Source: Paraspadella gotoi
Taxonomy: Eukaryota > Animalia > Chaetognatha
Assembly (NCBI GenBank): GCA_051294375.1
Contig: CM119267.1
Location: 25,931,293-25,995,292 of the forward strand
Reading direction: 5' to 3'
DNA length: 64,000 nt
The notes under the pieces are model-generated. The model ran no database searches. It saw nothing but the letters and a program-made list of their open reading frames with translations, and was not told the DNA's origin. Each line of letters begins with the position of its first letter. Within the stretch, counting starts at the first letter, position 1. The translations under genes were made by a program, and so were the position numbers. This document shows, in pieces, positions 26,701-37,100 of the stretch.

Positions 26701-29700
26701 CTTTGTTGCCCGGAAAACCCGCGTGGCGTCGTCCTCGATGACCGAAGCCATCGACCCAGTTCCTCTGGAGGGAGAAGGCGGGTTAGGGAGTCTTGAAGCC
26801 GTCGACGTTCAGGTCGGAGGCCGTGCGAGCATTGCATGGCATCGATTGATGAAGCTTGACAGCAGACGCCGTTTTGTCTGTTCGATGATCTGTTGATCTC
26901 TGTCCTGTTCGGACTTGTAATGAATCCGTTTATCGCGTTTGGGAATGACGTCATATTTGCGACAAGAGAGTGAAAAATATAAGTGGTTTGACCAACGAGA
27001 ATGAGATTGGGAAATGTGCCGATAATTTGTTTGATTTGGCGCTTTTACGGAACTTTTGTTTTGATCGGTTAACTCTCCCTTTTCACCAATTTCACATTCC
27101 TCTCCTTTTCATCCCTGTCCTCATCTTCACCTGTCCTCGCATCTGACCACTTTCCTTTACTAAAATTCTTTGTTGGAACTCCTCTCTCTCTCTCTCTCTC
27201 TCTCTCTCAATGTTTGTGAAATAAATTATTTGTGATTTCAGATGCTGATGAAGGCTTGAGTTTGTGAGCCGAAACATGTCCAAAGTTAATAAAAACTTTA
27301 TTGTTGTTCCACGAAAATTTTTTTGTAGGCAGATCCGACATTGTTTGCTCAAACTTGTTTCAATGTTAGATACGGTACCCGAAGCGTAGAGTCCTTTTTC
27401 CAGGGATGAAATAATTCTTCTATTTTTACGTCCAATGAGCTGATATTTTAACATAAAATAGTCTCAACGTAGGTCTATTGCCCACTGGGTTAAAATTTAA
27501 ATCGGACAATTCTAAACCAAAAAAATTTTTAAAAGTTGCATAACTTAGTCATTTTATGTAGTGCATTTTTAAAATTTTACACATACAATTATACATACTC
27601 AAAAGGGTTTGTGAGATGTTGTCAGAATATGAATAGAATTTGAACAGTTTTATTAGCATTTACTAAGAAAATATTTTAGATGTATCATTTTTTTAATCAG
27701 TCATAACCATTATATTAGTGAATATTATGCTTTTATATTACAGTCTTAGATGGGCCTTCGGTAGCTCTACAACATATATGAGTTTCGGTCATCTCGAGAA
27801 AAAAAATTTGTCACAGGTTTTTAATTTTTATAATAATAATGATAATAATAATAGTAATAATAATAACAATAATAATAATAATATAAATAACTTAAAAAAT
27901 TAATATTAAATTATCCTCTCCACCCCTTTCTGTTCAAACTTTTAGATATTTTGAAATTTTCGAAAGATGACTTCTTAACAAGAATGATGTTTAATATCTA
28001 ATTAGAAAACGAGGGCAGAAAGTAACTTTTAACTTTGTGTTGTATACTATACTAATGTATAGATGCTCCCTCAATTTTCATAAGACAACGCTAACATCCA
28101 TCTCCCCATTACATTATAGAAGAATATACTCTATATAAATAATATAATTAAATCTAATATATCGTGATATTTATTAATTTTTTACATTTATTTTAAAATT
28201 TTAATAGAAAATTTGAAAGTCTAATTTAGTAAAACAAGTAATCTCGCAATTTTTCATTAATCTGTGTTCGCCTAACCAACCTTTAATTTTCTCCTTTTGT
28301 CATTTCCCCGGTGATATTAATCCTTGCAATTAACCCTGATCATCGCTGGCGCAGATCCGATCTCCATCTAGGTTCGCGCGCGTCGCCTTCCGGTCGCCGG
28401 GCGAGCGCCGGCCTCGCCCCTCCTTCCGCCACGCGCCGAAGTCTTCCGAATCTGGCGCAGACGGCGGGAGCCTTTTCCGCCAAAACTAAACCCTCCCCGC
28501 TAAAGAGGTTTTTTTTCTTACTTTTAACTAATAAAGAAATAAACAAGTTTGAGCAAACAATGTCGGATCTGCCTACGATAATTAAGCGGTAATAAGCTAA
28601 TCCGATGATAAATCATGGTAATTTTTCTGACTCTCAATTTGTGGTTATGAAAAAAGCTATAAATGAATTGATCTATCAATCATAACCAGTAGCTGTGCCA
28701 ATACCAACTTGCATAATTTGGTCAACTTTCATAATTTATTCAACTTGCATAATTAAATCTACTGGCATAATTTGGTTAATTGACATAATTTGGTCCTCTG
28801 GCATAATTTGGTCAACAGGCATAATTTGGTCAACTTGCATAATTTTTTCAACTTGTATAATTTGGTCAACTTGTAAAATGTGAACAACTGGCATAATTTG
28901 GTCAACTGGCATAATTTGGTAAAATGTCGTAATTTGGTCAACTGGCATATTTTCGTCAACTGACATAATTTGCTCAACTGCAAAATTTGGTCAACCGGCA
29001 TAATTTGATCAATCAATCAATCATAGAGAGATATTGAGAAACTTTTAAAAATTGATATAAATGTGTCTTTTGGTTTTCTGTTTTAAACTCTTTTCCACTC
29101 CTATGTAATGTATAACAATAATAAAAAGTTTTAAACTGATGAATATTAGTTATAGTTAGTTATATTAATCTACTTAATAATTAGTGAGATTGAAACAGAA
29201 AATTTGAAAGGATATATTTGAGAGATGAGTTAATAAGTAATAAAGTGAAATTGAAGAATAAAGATAGAGCTCAAAATGAGCTGGCCCCCCTTGGCATGGG
29301 CATTGGCGTGTCATGGGCTGAGATGACAGTTGGATTGAGTTTTTCATGGATGCGTCAGGAAGAGTTCCCTGCGGGAAGAGCCCAAGTGCTATTCTAATGT
29401 CTCTCTGGCCTGATACGCCTGCCGACTGCCCTCTTCTCGCCTGCTGGCCAGGCGGGCGGTTGTCCGTTCTTGCCGCTTTTGCGATAGGAGTGTTTTGGGC
29501 GGCGCTCATTCCACAGAGGAAGGGATTGAGTTGCTACATTTGAGGAAGGGGCATCGTCTGTCCATTGCCTGTTCAAGGGTCTTCGCCTATTACGTTGAGT
29601 GGAAATTGGGGAATCATTGTGCGGGCGTGGTGGTCGCGGGGCCTCCACCACACTTTTGATAAGCCAATCTTAGCTTGGAGGGAGGTCGAATCGTCCTCCA

Positions 29701-32700
29701 TCACGATTCAAAGAGGGTTCGAGGGCTTTGATGTATATTGCCTCTCTAATACCTCTTGAGAACCAGTTTGGGTCATGGGACAGCACGAGACAGTCTGTTT
29801 CTCTAAATACATGGCCAGTATTTACCATATGCTCGGCTACAGCGGACAAGTAATGACCGCGGGCATCACGATATGGTTTCGTGTGCTGCTGAAAACGATC
29901 CGTCAGAGATTTGCCTGTCTCGCCCACGTATGCTGCTGTACAGACTTGGTTACCCATGCATGCACATTTATTTTAAATGTAAATTCAAGATGTATTAATT
30001 AATCAAATAATTAATCAGTTAATTAATCAATTAGTCAATTAATTAATCGGTTAATTAATCAATCAAAACAAACATTTCAGTTCAAATTAATTAATTAATT
30101 GCCTAATTAATTAAAAAATTAACTTGAATAAATTAGTTATAATTAATTAATTAATTACCGATAATGATCGTGGGCAGATCCGACATTGTTTGCTCAAACT
30201 TGTTTAGATATACTACTGCTTAGGCAAAACAACGGCACGCTATATTTTAAAACTTTTCCTTTTTTTCCACTATTTTTTTTTTCACTATTTTTTTTCTCTC
30301 TTTAACCTTCTCTCTGTCTCTCTCTTTTTCTCTCTTTCTCTCTATTTTTCTCTCTTTCTCTCTATTTTTCTCTCCATTTCTCCTACTTTTCTGTCCTCAT
30401 ATTTCTCTGTGTCATCCCTTCTTTTTTTCCTTAACCTTTATTTCCCTTCCTCTCAATCTCTGTTTTTCTCTCTCTCTCTGAGTCTGATTCTCTTTCTTCC
30501 CTGTTTCTTATCTTTTCTTTTCTCTCAATTGTTCTTGTTTTCCCCCCTCTCCCCATATATTAATTTCTTTCCACTCTTTCTCCCTCTCCCTCCAATTTTT
30601 TTCACCTTTTCTCTCTCTTCTGTTTTCATTCTCACTCATTTTTTGTATTCATATCATACTGGATGTATAAAAAACTTTAAAATGTATTGTAAGAAAAAAA
30701 ATTTAGAGTAGTGTATGATTTTAGTGATAGTTTGGTTGCCAAGCAGATTTAAAAAATCGATAAAAAAAGGCGGTTTTTTTAATTCGTCAACTTTAGTATA
30801 TTTCTCATCTATTAAAACTATAAAATAAGTCAAAAACCGAGTTTTAGTTCAAATAAAACGCACCTCACAAATTCTCACAAATCAAAAGTAGGCTTAAAAA
30901 TTTTTTTGCAGCTAATGTATTAAATATTTTGCCCTAATTTTTTAGGTACCAGAAGTACCAACAATAGCGAATATTTGATTAGAATTGTGAACATTTTGAA
31001 GTATATTCGTTTAACAAATTGCAATAAAATATAAAAATGTAAGTTTTTGACTAGTCAATTTAAAAATTAATTCATAGGCAAACAATAGATGACTAAAAAG
31101 AGAGTCGACGGTCAATCGCCGAGATCCTTCTATATTTACACCTTTATTTAACAAGTTTGAGCAAACAATGTCGGATCTGCCCACGATCATTAGCGGTAAT
31201 TAATTAATTAATTAATTAATACAAATTATATATACTAAAATAATGATTTAATTAATAAATTAATTAATTTGATCCAAAATGTTTGTTTTTAGGTCTTTTC
31301 GTCACTAATCACGAAAAAAGCAACAACGACGATGATGGCGATGACGACAATAATGCTGATAAAGATTGACTTGATTGATTGATTAAATAATTAATTTATA
31401 AACAAATTTATTGATTTAATAATTAATTTATAGATAACTAAATAAATTGATTGATTAAATAATTAATTGATTATTTAACCAATTAATTATTTATTAATTA
31501 ATTGAATAATTAACTGATTAATTATTTGATTAATTAATATATTTTGCATTTACATTTAATATAAAAAGAAAAAGAAACATAATCAATTAGCAGAGGAGGA
31601 TTGAGCCTGCCGTCCAATTCTCCTCTTCTTCTTCTTCTTTCCTCCTCCTCCTCCTGGCCCTCTGTATATTTTGTCTAGCGATACATTCTCTCTTCGTGAA
31701 ATATACCATTATTTTTCCTCTATTTCTTCACGCTTTCAATACCCCTCAAGATTAGTGAAACAGGTTTTTTGTTTTTTGCATTTCCACTCGCACGAGATAT
31801 AGAAGAGGATATATATATATACACTTCCCTACCCACACAAAAATTTTCATTCAATCCATCCATCCAATCACGAGTAATTGGAGTTTTTTTGCTATGGTCG
31901 GAGGACGGACGGACGTACATAATTTTTTTTTTTTTTTTGCATAATTTATCATAATTCGATGTTCTGACATAATATAAGTGAATGCCGACAAGATTGAGGG
32001 GGCGGACCGACGGACCGACAAAGTGAATTATAGACGTCGGGATCTGCTGAAAGCAGATCCGACTAATAACAGTTAAGCTCGCACCAATTAGTTTTTTGTT
32101 TGTTTTTTTAGTTCGTTAATTGCATATCCCAATATTCATTAATGATTGTTTTTTAAACTTTAAAAACTTATTTAAACGTATTTAACCTTTTTTTTTTCAG
32201 CAAACGACCTCCTCAAAATACATTAAAGTCGCACACAAGCGAGTCTAATCTTCAAGAGAAGTCCAGCCTCCGACAACCGACCATCGCGTCAGTTTTGTTT
32301 TTTTTTTCTATGATTTTTTTACAAAGAATGAGTTTTTTTAGAGTGTCCCATGTTCATAATACACCTCTCTCTCTCTCTCTCCTCACCAGGTCTCGACTAA
32401 AGCCCCCCAGCGCTCGATCGATTTCCCCCGTGGGCGCGTCCCCTCGCACTGCGTCTCCGGGAATTCCGCGTGGCGTGGTGACTCCGACGCCAAGAACGAC
32501 TCCGTCTCGAGGTGAGAAAACTTTTTTTCTCTTATTGATGTGGAAATTCCTCGATTAACTCTTAACCCTCAATTGGAAGGATCTTCGATCGCGAGGCCGA
32601 CAAGAGGAACCGCGTCCACCCCGAAATCGAGAGGAATTCCACGAGCGGGGACGTCGCCCGCCGCCGCCGCCGCCGTCGCCGTATCTCCGCAGTCACGAAG

Positions 32701-33111
32701 GTAGTTCATTTACCAAGTGGATGACCACCACGAACGCCGCATTAATTGACATTAATTTGGGTTAGTAATATTAGTAATATTCGAATTTCATTATTTTTCC
32801 AGTCGTCGGATTTGAAGTTTTTTTCAAGTAGGAAAAGAGTTGAAGCATGTCAACGCCTTTTTGCGCCGATATTTTTATTAGATTATTTTATATTGTTAAT
32901 TTCTTTTAATAAATATTTGTGGTCGATGAAATATAATAGCCAGTATGCGCGCTTATACCTAAAAGGGAGAAAATTATTGTTTTTTGGTTATTTGGATAAT
33001 TTATGTTTTGGGCGAAATTTATGTTTTTACTTTTTGTCATTTAGGGCTGGAGTTCAGACAAGAGGATCATCTAAAAACGTCTTGGCAAATTGGGAGGAGG
33101 ACTACTATTAA
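5045..33111 (+). CDS. SLAIN: SLAIN motif-containing protein (SLAIN1/2-like microtubule plus-end tracking protein); multi-exon, 5' end not identified
   Basis: Phase-consistent GT-AG exons 13342-13506, 13599-13678, 14074-14200, 14273-14390, 28355-28507, 32201-32287, 32390-32511, 32580-32700 and 33045-33111 (TAA). They encode DVQVMARMQEDSLRK (SLAIN DVQILARMQEESLR-type motif), RRSLPNL, SSLRQP, Ser/Pro/Arg-rich SxIP-like motifs and a C-terminal WEEDYY (cf. vertebrate SLAIN W-x4-Y end). Probable upstream exons 5045-5191, ~5246-5315, ~5540-6025 and ~11588-11684 contain indels and cannot be phased reliably. Confidence 0.85.
6956..6989 (-). ncRNA. Minimal type I hammerhead ribozyme (Penelope pLTR, inverted copy; one A missing in GAAA)
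   Basis: Minus strand reads CTGATGA-AGGCTTGAGTTGTGAGCC-GAAC-ATGTC. Confidence 0.7.
10692..10726 (+). ncRNA. Minimal type I hammerhead ribozyme (Penelope pLTR)
   Basis: CTGATGA-A-GGCTT(gagttgt)GAGCC-GAAA-CATGTC: intact catalytic core, stem II, palindromic ACATGT stem III and GUC cleavage triplet; stem I is very short. Confidence 0.88.
11620..12265. repeat. Segment repeated in inverted orientation at 20030-20654; includes part of a dispersed repeat family also at ~1390-1600, ~53030-53160 and ~54520-54960
   Basis: Reverse-complement match apart from indels; the second copy ends at the N gap. Confidence 0.8.
14439..15240 (+). mobile_element. HINE/DINE-1-like element, 5' part
   Basis: Same 5' hairpin, GTCY repeat and core as the 6193 copy; it continues past the point where Penelope interrupts that copy. 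Confidence 0.75.
16140..17930 (-). mobile_element. 5'-truncated Penelope-like element (GIY-YIG region) with inverted, partly tandem pLTR
   Basis: Minus-strand AAYVGETGKSL and flanking homology to the 6913 element at 16300-17240. 17240-17365 is the inverse of 16165-16290; 17240-17455 is repeated at 17456-17660. Confidence 0.85.
17856..17890 (+). ncRNA. Minimal type I hammerhead ribozyme (second Penelope subfamily)
   Basis: CTGATGA-A-GACTTGT(aaa)ACAAGTC-GAAA-CATGTC with stem I AACG/TGTT. Stem II differs in sequence from the 10692 copy but still pairs. Confidence 0.9.
18450..20027 (-). mobile_element. HINE/DINE-1-like element(s) with internal 18-bp satellite
   Basis: 5' hairpin at 19998-20027, (GGAC)n at ~19865-19886, repeated ~150-bp core units, and an (ACTGGCATAATTTGGTCA)n array at ~19220-19480. 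Confidence 0.75.
20655..20679. other. Scaffold gap (25 N)
   Basis: Run of n characters. Confidence 1.
20680..22680 (+). mobile_element. BEL/Pao LTR retrotransposon pol remnant (RNase H-like + integrase), heavily frameshifted
   Basis: Fragments across frames: IPRSEMQGA, VFFWID, FSNR, QWRYVP..N/QPDLCSRG, KHPIILP, C..C, HLE, FLNAFERFRARR, DNG, WxFNPAEAPHW. This is the typical Pao order. Confidence 0.88.
23648..27320 (-). mobile_element. Penelope-like retroelement, near full length, mirror image of the 6913 copy
   Basis: YFRFDGRYY..GGLGMGKSTSSPLADFYMED, WYRKADDTILAV, SVYRKPTHTDQYIPFDSHAP, SGAVYGAAC, LSHDPNWFSRGIREAI, DGGRFDLPPSYDSLIK; inverted 5' pLTR at ~27070-27320. Confidence 0.93.
27245..27280 (+). 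ncRNA. Minimal type I hammerhead ribozyme (inverted pLTR of the minus-strand Penelope)
   Basis: CTGATGA-A-GGCTT(gagtttgt)GAGCC-GAAA-CATGTC. Confidence 0.88.
28541..29100 (-). mobile_element. HINE 3' portion with 18-bp satellite
   Basis: AACAAGTTTGAGCAAACAATGTCGGATCTGCC 3' end; array (CTGGCATAATTTGGTCAA)n at ~28705-29010. Confidence 0.75.
29270..29955 (-). mobile_element. Penelope-like 3' fragment (GIY-YIG endonuclease C-half), diverged subfamily
   Basis: ORF 29670-29957: YVGETGKSLTDRFQQH...SAVAEH...REAIYIKALEPSLNRDGGRFDLPPS; followed directly by a HINE 3' end (~29965-30204). Confidence 0.9.
31150..32064 (-). mobile_element. Complete short HINE/DINE-1-like element
   Basis: Both termini present (3' stem-loop + subTIR at 31150-31181; 5' hairpin at 32036-32064) and a GGAC repeat. 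Confidence 0.8.
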
Positions 33112-34166
33112 CAATTTATTTATCTTCTACTATATTAATATTCTATTATTCGTCCGACTTAGCAATCCATCTCTCTCGTTGATTTCCTGTGATATTTAAG
33201 AATAGGCATTTTTGCAATCAGGTTTATATTTATTTTTGGCCATGTAAAAAGGATTTACAAAAGTTTAATTAATTGACATCTTATTAATGTTCCATTGATT
33301 ACGGGAAAAGATGTGATATTTATACTTGTACTGAGACATTTTTCGAAAAAGATATATGTCAAACAAAAATGCGGATTCTTACTATAGTAATAGCATCATC
33401 AGACGCTGAAAAGTGACGAGTAAATGATTTATGATAAAGGCTAATCTCCCTGACTAAATATAGCTAATGTTTTTCTATCGCTTTGTTTTGACTTAGCCGT
33501 TTTCAAAGAAACCATCTACAACGCTAGATTGCAAATATTGAGTAATGAGCATTAATCTTTGCTTAGGCTGAGATTTTTTGGATTTTGTCACGAGTTGACG
33601 AGTTTTGTTTTTCCTGCTCACCATGTTTTATTGCATCGATTTTTTAGCTTCTCTGAATTACACACTATGATCGTACATTGAATTTATTTATTTTGATTTT
33701 AAGGCAAGTCCTTTCCAATCTACGTAGTATTTAGTAATGCTCAGATTTTATAATTAAAGCTTAAAATCAAAAATTGAAATAGTTGATGGGACTGCTCGTG
33801 CTGCTAAGAAGAGATTCAGTCAGGGACAGAGGTATTAGACCCTCCGAAGTCGCCTTCCTCTCGTGAGAAAAATGAATTGTGAAAAGATGGAGTGAATCTC
33901 GGAATGGAAGACGACGACGACGACGACGATGAAGTCAATTGAGGTGGGAGACGAAGAAGAGACGAGATTTGACTAGTTTCGAAGGACGAACTCACTTTTC
34001 TGCAGAATTAAATCCTCCATCACAAATTTAAATCGTTATTAAAGGCGTTATTAAACTGCCCGTTTGTTAATTTCTCTTTGCCCAATTCTTGAATTCTTGT
34101 AAATACAATTGTATATCAAAACGATTTAGTTTCTTTACATAAAACTTAATAGTTGCGCCCTTAAAA

Positions 34167-37100
34167 ATGAATCAGACGACGATCGAAATTTTGTCGGAGA
34201 TAAAATCTTGTTTTCCTCATCTCGAGACTCAACTCGATTTCCTCGTCAACGTCTTCGGCGAACGACGGCAAAAGCCTTTCGGCTCTCTCTTCATCTATGG
34301 ACAGCCGGGAACTGGTGAGGGAGAGAGAGAAATATGTGTGGATATGGTGCAAAGTGGGCTGAAGACTGTTTTCCGCAAATTCTTTAACCCCCTCTAGCAG
34401 CAATAGAACGGGTAGTGGGCTTGGAACCAGGCTGGATGGTTTTTCCTAGTCCCAAGGCGTGTGTAATCGATCCCGTTACCTAATGGTCATGAGCTGATGG
34501 TATTACTCGATGAGCCATCGGCTTATATTTATAGGCGGGATGAACTTACGTTTAGCAGTGCCCGACTACATACATACGTATATACTTATTTTCCCCGTCA
34601 GGCAAAACCTCTTTTGTTCAGACTTTCCTCTGCCGCCTTTCCCTTCCCCACGCCTTCGTCAACCTCGTCGACTGCTTTTCACCGCAGATTCTTTTTGAGG
34701 AGATTTTGAATCAGTTGAGCGGCGTGGTTCCCCGCCCGGCCAACTTCTTCGCCAAGTACGCCAGCTGCTCGTCACTGGCCGACTTTGTGCCTCTCTTCGT
34801 CGCTGCCAGAAAGGACGCCCGTATCGAGGAGGCAGAGACCGTGTGAGCTTATCGTGGACGACGTTGTCGTCGTCGTTTGTTGTTGTTGTTCTTGAAGCTC
34901 AATTTATTTTCTGTTTCAGTTACGTGGTTTTGGACAAAGCCAAATGGCTGCGGGAAATGCCTCATAACGTTTTAGGCTCCTTTTTAAGGTTGCAAGAGCT
35001 GACGAAGACGAACGTCTGCGTAGTTTTCATTTCCCAGGTTACTGCGCCACTGCACAAGATTCTGCTGCGGCTCTGCCAGTCGCAGTATTCAATTTTCCAC
35101 ATATTTTTACTGCAGCTGCCTTGGGAAAACTTCCATCAGCAGACGGGGACTGCGGATCCTCTTTGCCTTCACTTCCCCGACTTGACTCGATCTCAGTTGG
35201 TCGACGTCCTCTCGCTCGATCGACCTCTCCAGTTTCAACCCAAATTTTATGAAACTTTCGTCCAACTCGTCCTCAGTGTCTTTTACACTAAGTGTCGTGA
35301 TCTCAGGGAACTTAAATATCTATGCCGGGTGAGAAGATAGTTGTCTTAGTTCTTTCTGTTAATGTAGAGGAGATTCTTTTTTTTCCGACCAAAGTGTTTT
35401 TATACCCGAAATGACACGTCCTATGAATTTGTCTGATCAAGGGCTGTTGATTGGTGCCCATTTTATTTTTTTTTAAATACAATACGGGGTGGATCAATAG
35501 CGTTAAAGTGCTACGAGCGTCAAATATCGGAGTTTTTAAGGTTTTTTTTATTTTATAAGGATAAAAATTTATTTTAATTATACTTTTTAATATTTTTACT
35601 CAAGAAAATCTAAGAATAAACATGAACTATTTATTTGTTTCAGAGTCATGATTTTGGCAGAAGATTTATGTAGTTATAGTTTGATTTGGTCTTTCCATGC
35701 CAATAATATAAAGGAAAACAAATTATTTCTGGAAGTAACATAATATTTATTTTTAAATAAGCACTGATTCTTCAGAGACTTCTGTCTCCCTCAAGGTGCA
35801 TAACAAATTAACACAAAATTTACAAAACAGTTTTAGGTAAGGTTTCTACTCTTCCATTTGGCTGAAAATCCATTCTCCTCACTCTGGCCATTTCTTCTCT
35901 TCTCTGCCTTTGAATTCTATAGGCTTGAGATGACCTTAACCAAATTGTTTTTGTCTTTTATTTTCAAAGGTGACCTAAGAGCCTTGTCCCATTCAGTGCT
36001 CAAATTTCTTTCATTTCTATTTACTGTTTTAAGTTTGTTCTTTTTAATATGAATACTTTCTAAGGACAATCTTTTTAATTATTATTTTCTTGTTCTAATA
36101 TTTTACATTAATCCCAAATAACCCTGGGTCAGGAAATTGACAGGTATTAGTGCAATCAAAAAGATGTTCTAAAATAGCAGAATCTTTTATTTTATTATCT
36201 TTACATAATTCTTATGTTCCGATTTTTTTTCCCCAAAACCTGTCAGTTTCCCCAATGTACATTTTACCACATTTTAAAGGGATTTGATAAACAATACCAG
36301 ATTTTTTTTTGCATTAAAACTTTTGTAAGCAGGTAAAATATTAAAACGTTTATATATCCTATTTAAAGTAGAAGCTATTACAGGTCCAGGAAAAGGAATT
36401 GTCATTCTTTGTTTAGTTATTTGTTCTACTTTATTTTGTTTTTTGATTTCATCAAATATAATAGGATTTCTTAGTTTTTGTAATTCCTCTTCTTGAACCT
36501 TGCTTTCAGTTTTTAATATTACTTCTTTTGCCTTTGCTCTGTCCCATCCATTTGCAACAGAAACAGATTCTATTAAATTTTAATTCATCCTTTAACAACT
36601 GTTCAGTAGAACAATATTTTAAGGCTCTTCTAGTACTGGTTTCAATAATAGATTTTTTAGATTTAAAATCACAAAAGGAAGAGAAATAGGTATATATAGA
36701 TTCCTCCATCGATTTTTAAATTTGTCAGAACGTTTTACTCTTTTTTTACCCTATTTTTTTGACACGCTAACGTTTCGCTGATTACGGGAAGTAGATTTGT
36801 GTAAATTGAAAAACTAGTAATACCAAAAGTTAGTGTTATGTCTCAATAGACGGAAAAAAAACTCGTTTAAAAATTCATTCGGGAAGTGGGGTAACGAAGC
36901 CTTACCAGTGGCATTGTCAATGTCAAACATCTCGCAAATAATTATTTTTATTTAATATGTTTGAAAGGGAAATTACAAAAATCAGAATGCGGGTTCCGCC
37001 TTGTATGCACATCAAGTAAAAATGTTTTTTAAAGTTTTGGGCACCTCCATGTCTAGGGGCTTGGGGGCAAAGGGCGAATTAAAAAATTCTACCTTTTAAT

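Noticed and set aside
30290-30640. Hydrophobic ORFs in pyrimidine/purine tracts (also 51844-52230 and 60425-60665)
   Set aside because: Low-complexity CT/GA sequence.
34380-34396. Telomerase RNA template in the ORC5 intron
   Set aside because: TTAACCCCCT is not a 1.5-repeat CTAACCCTAA template and no pseudoknot was evident.
35761-35800. Hammerhead downstream of the AT-rich Penelope remnant (minus strand)
   Set aside because: Stems GCAC/GTGC and AGAC/GTCT exist, but the CUGANGA and GAAA core is not intact.
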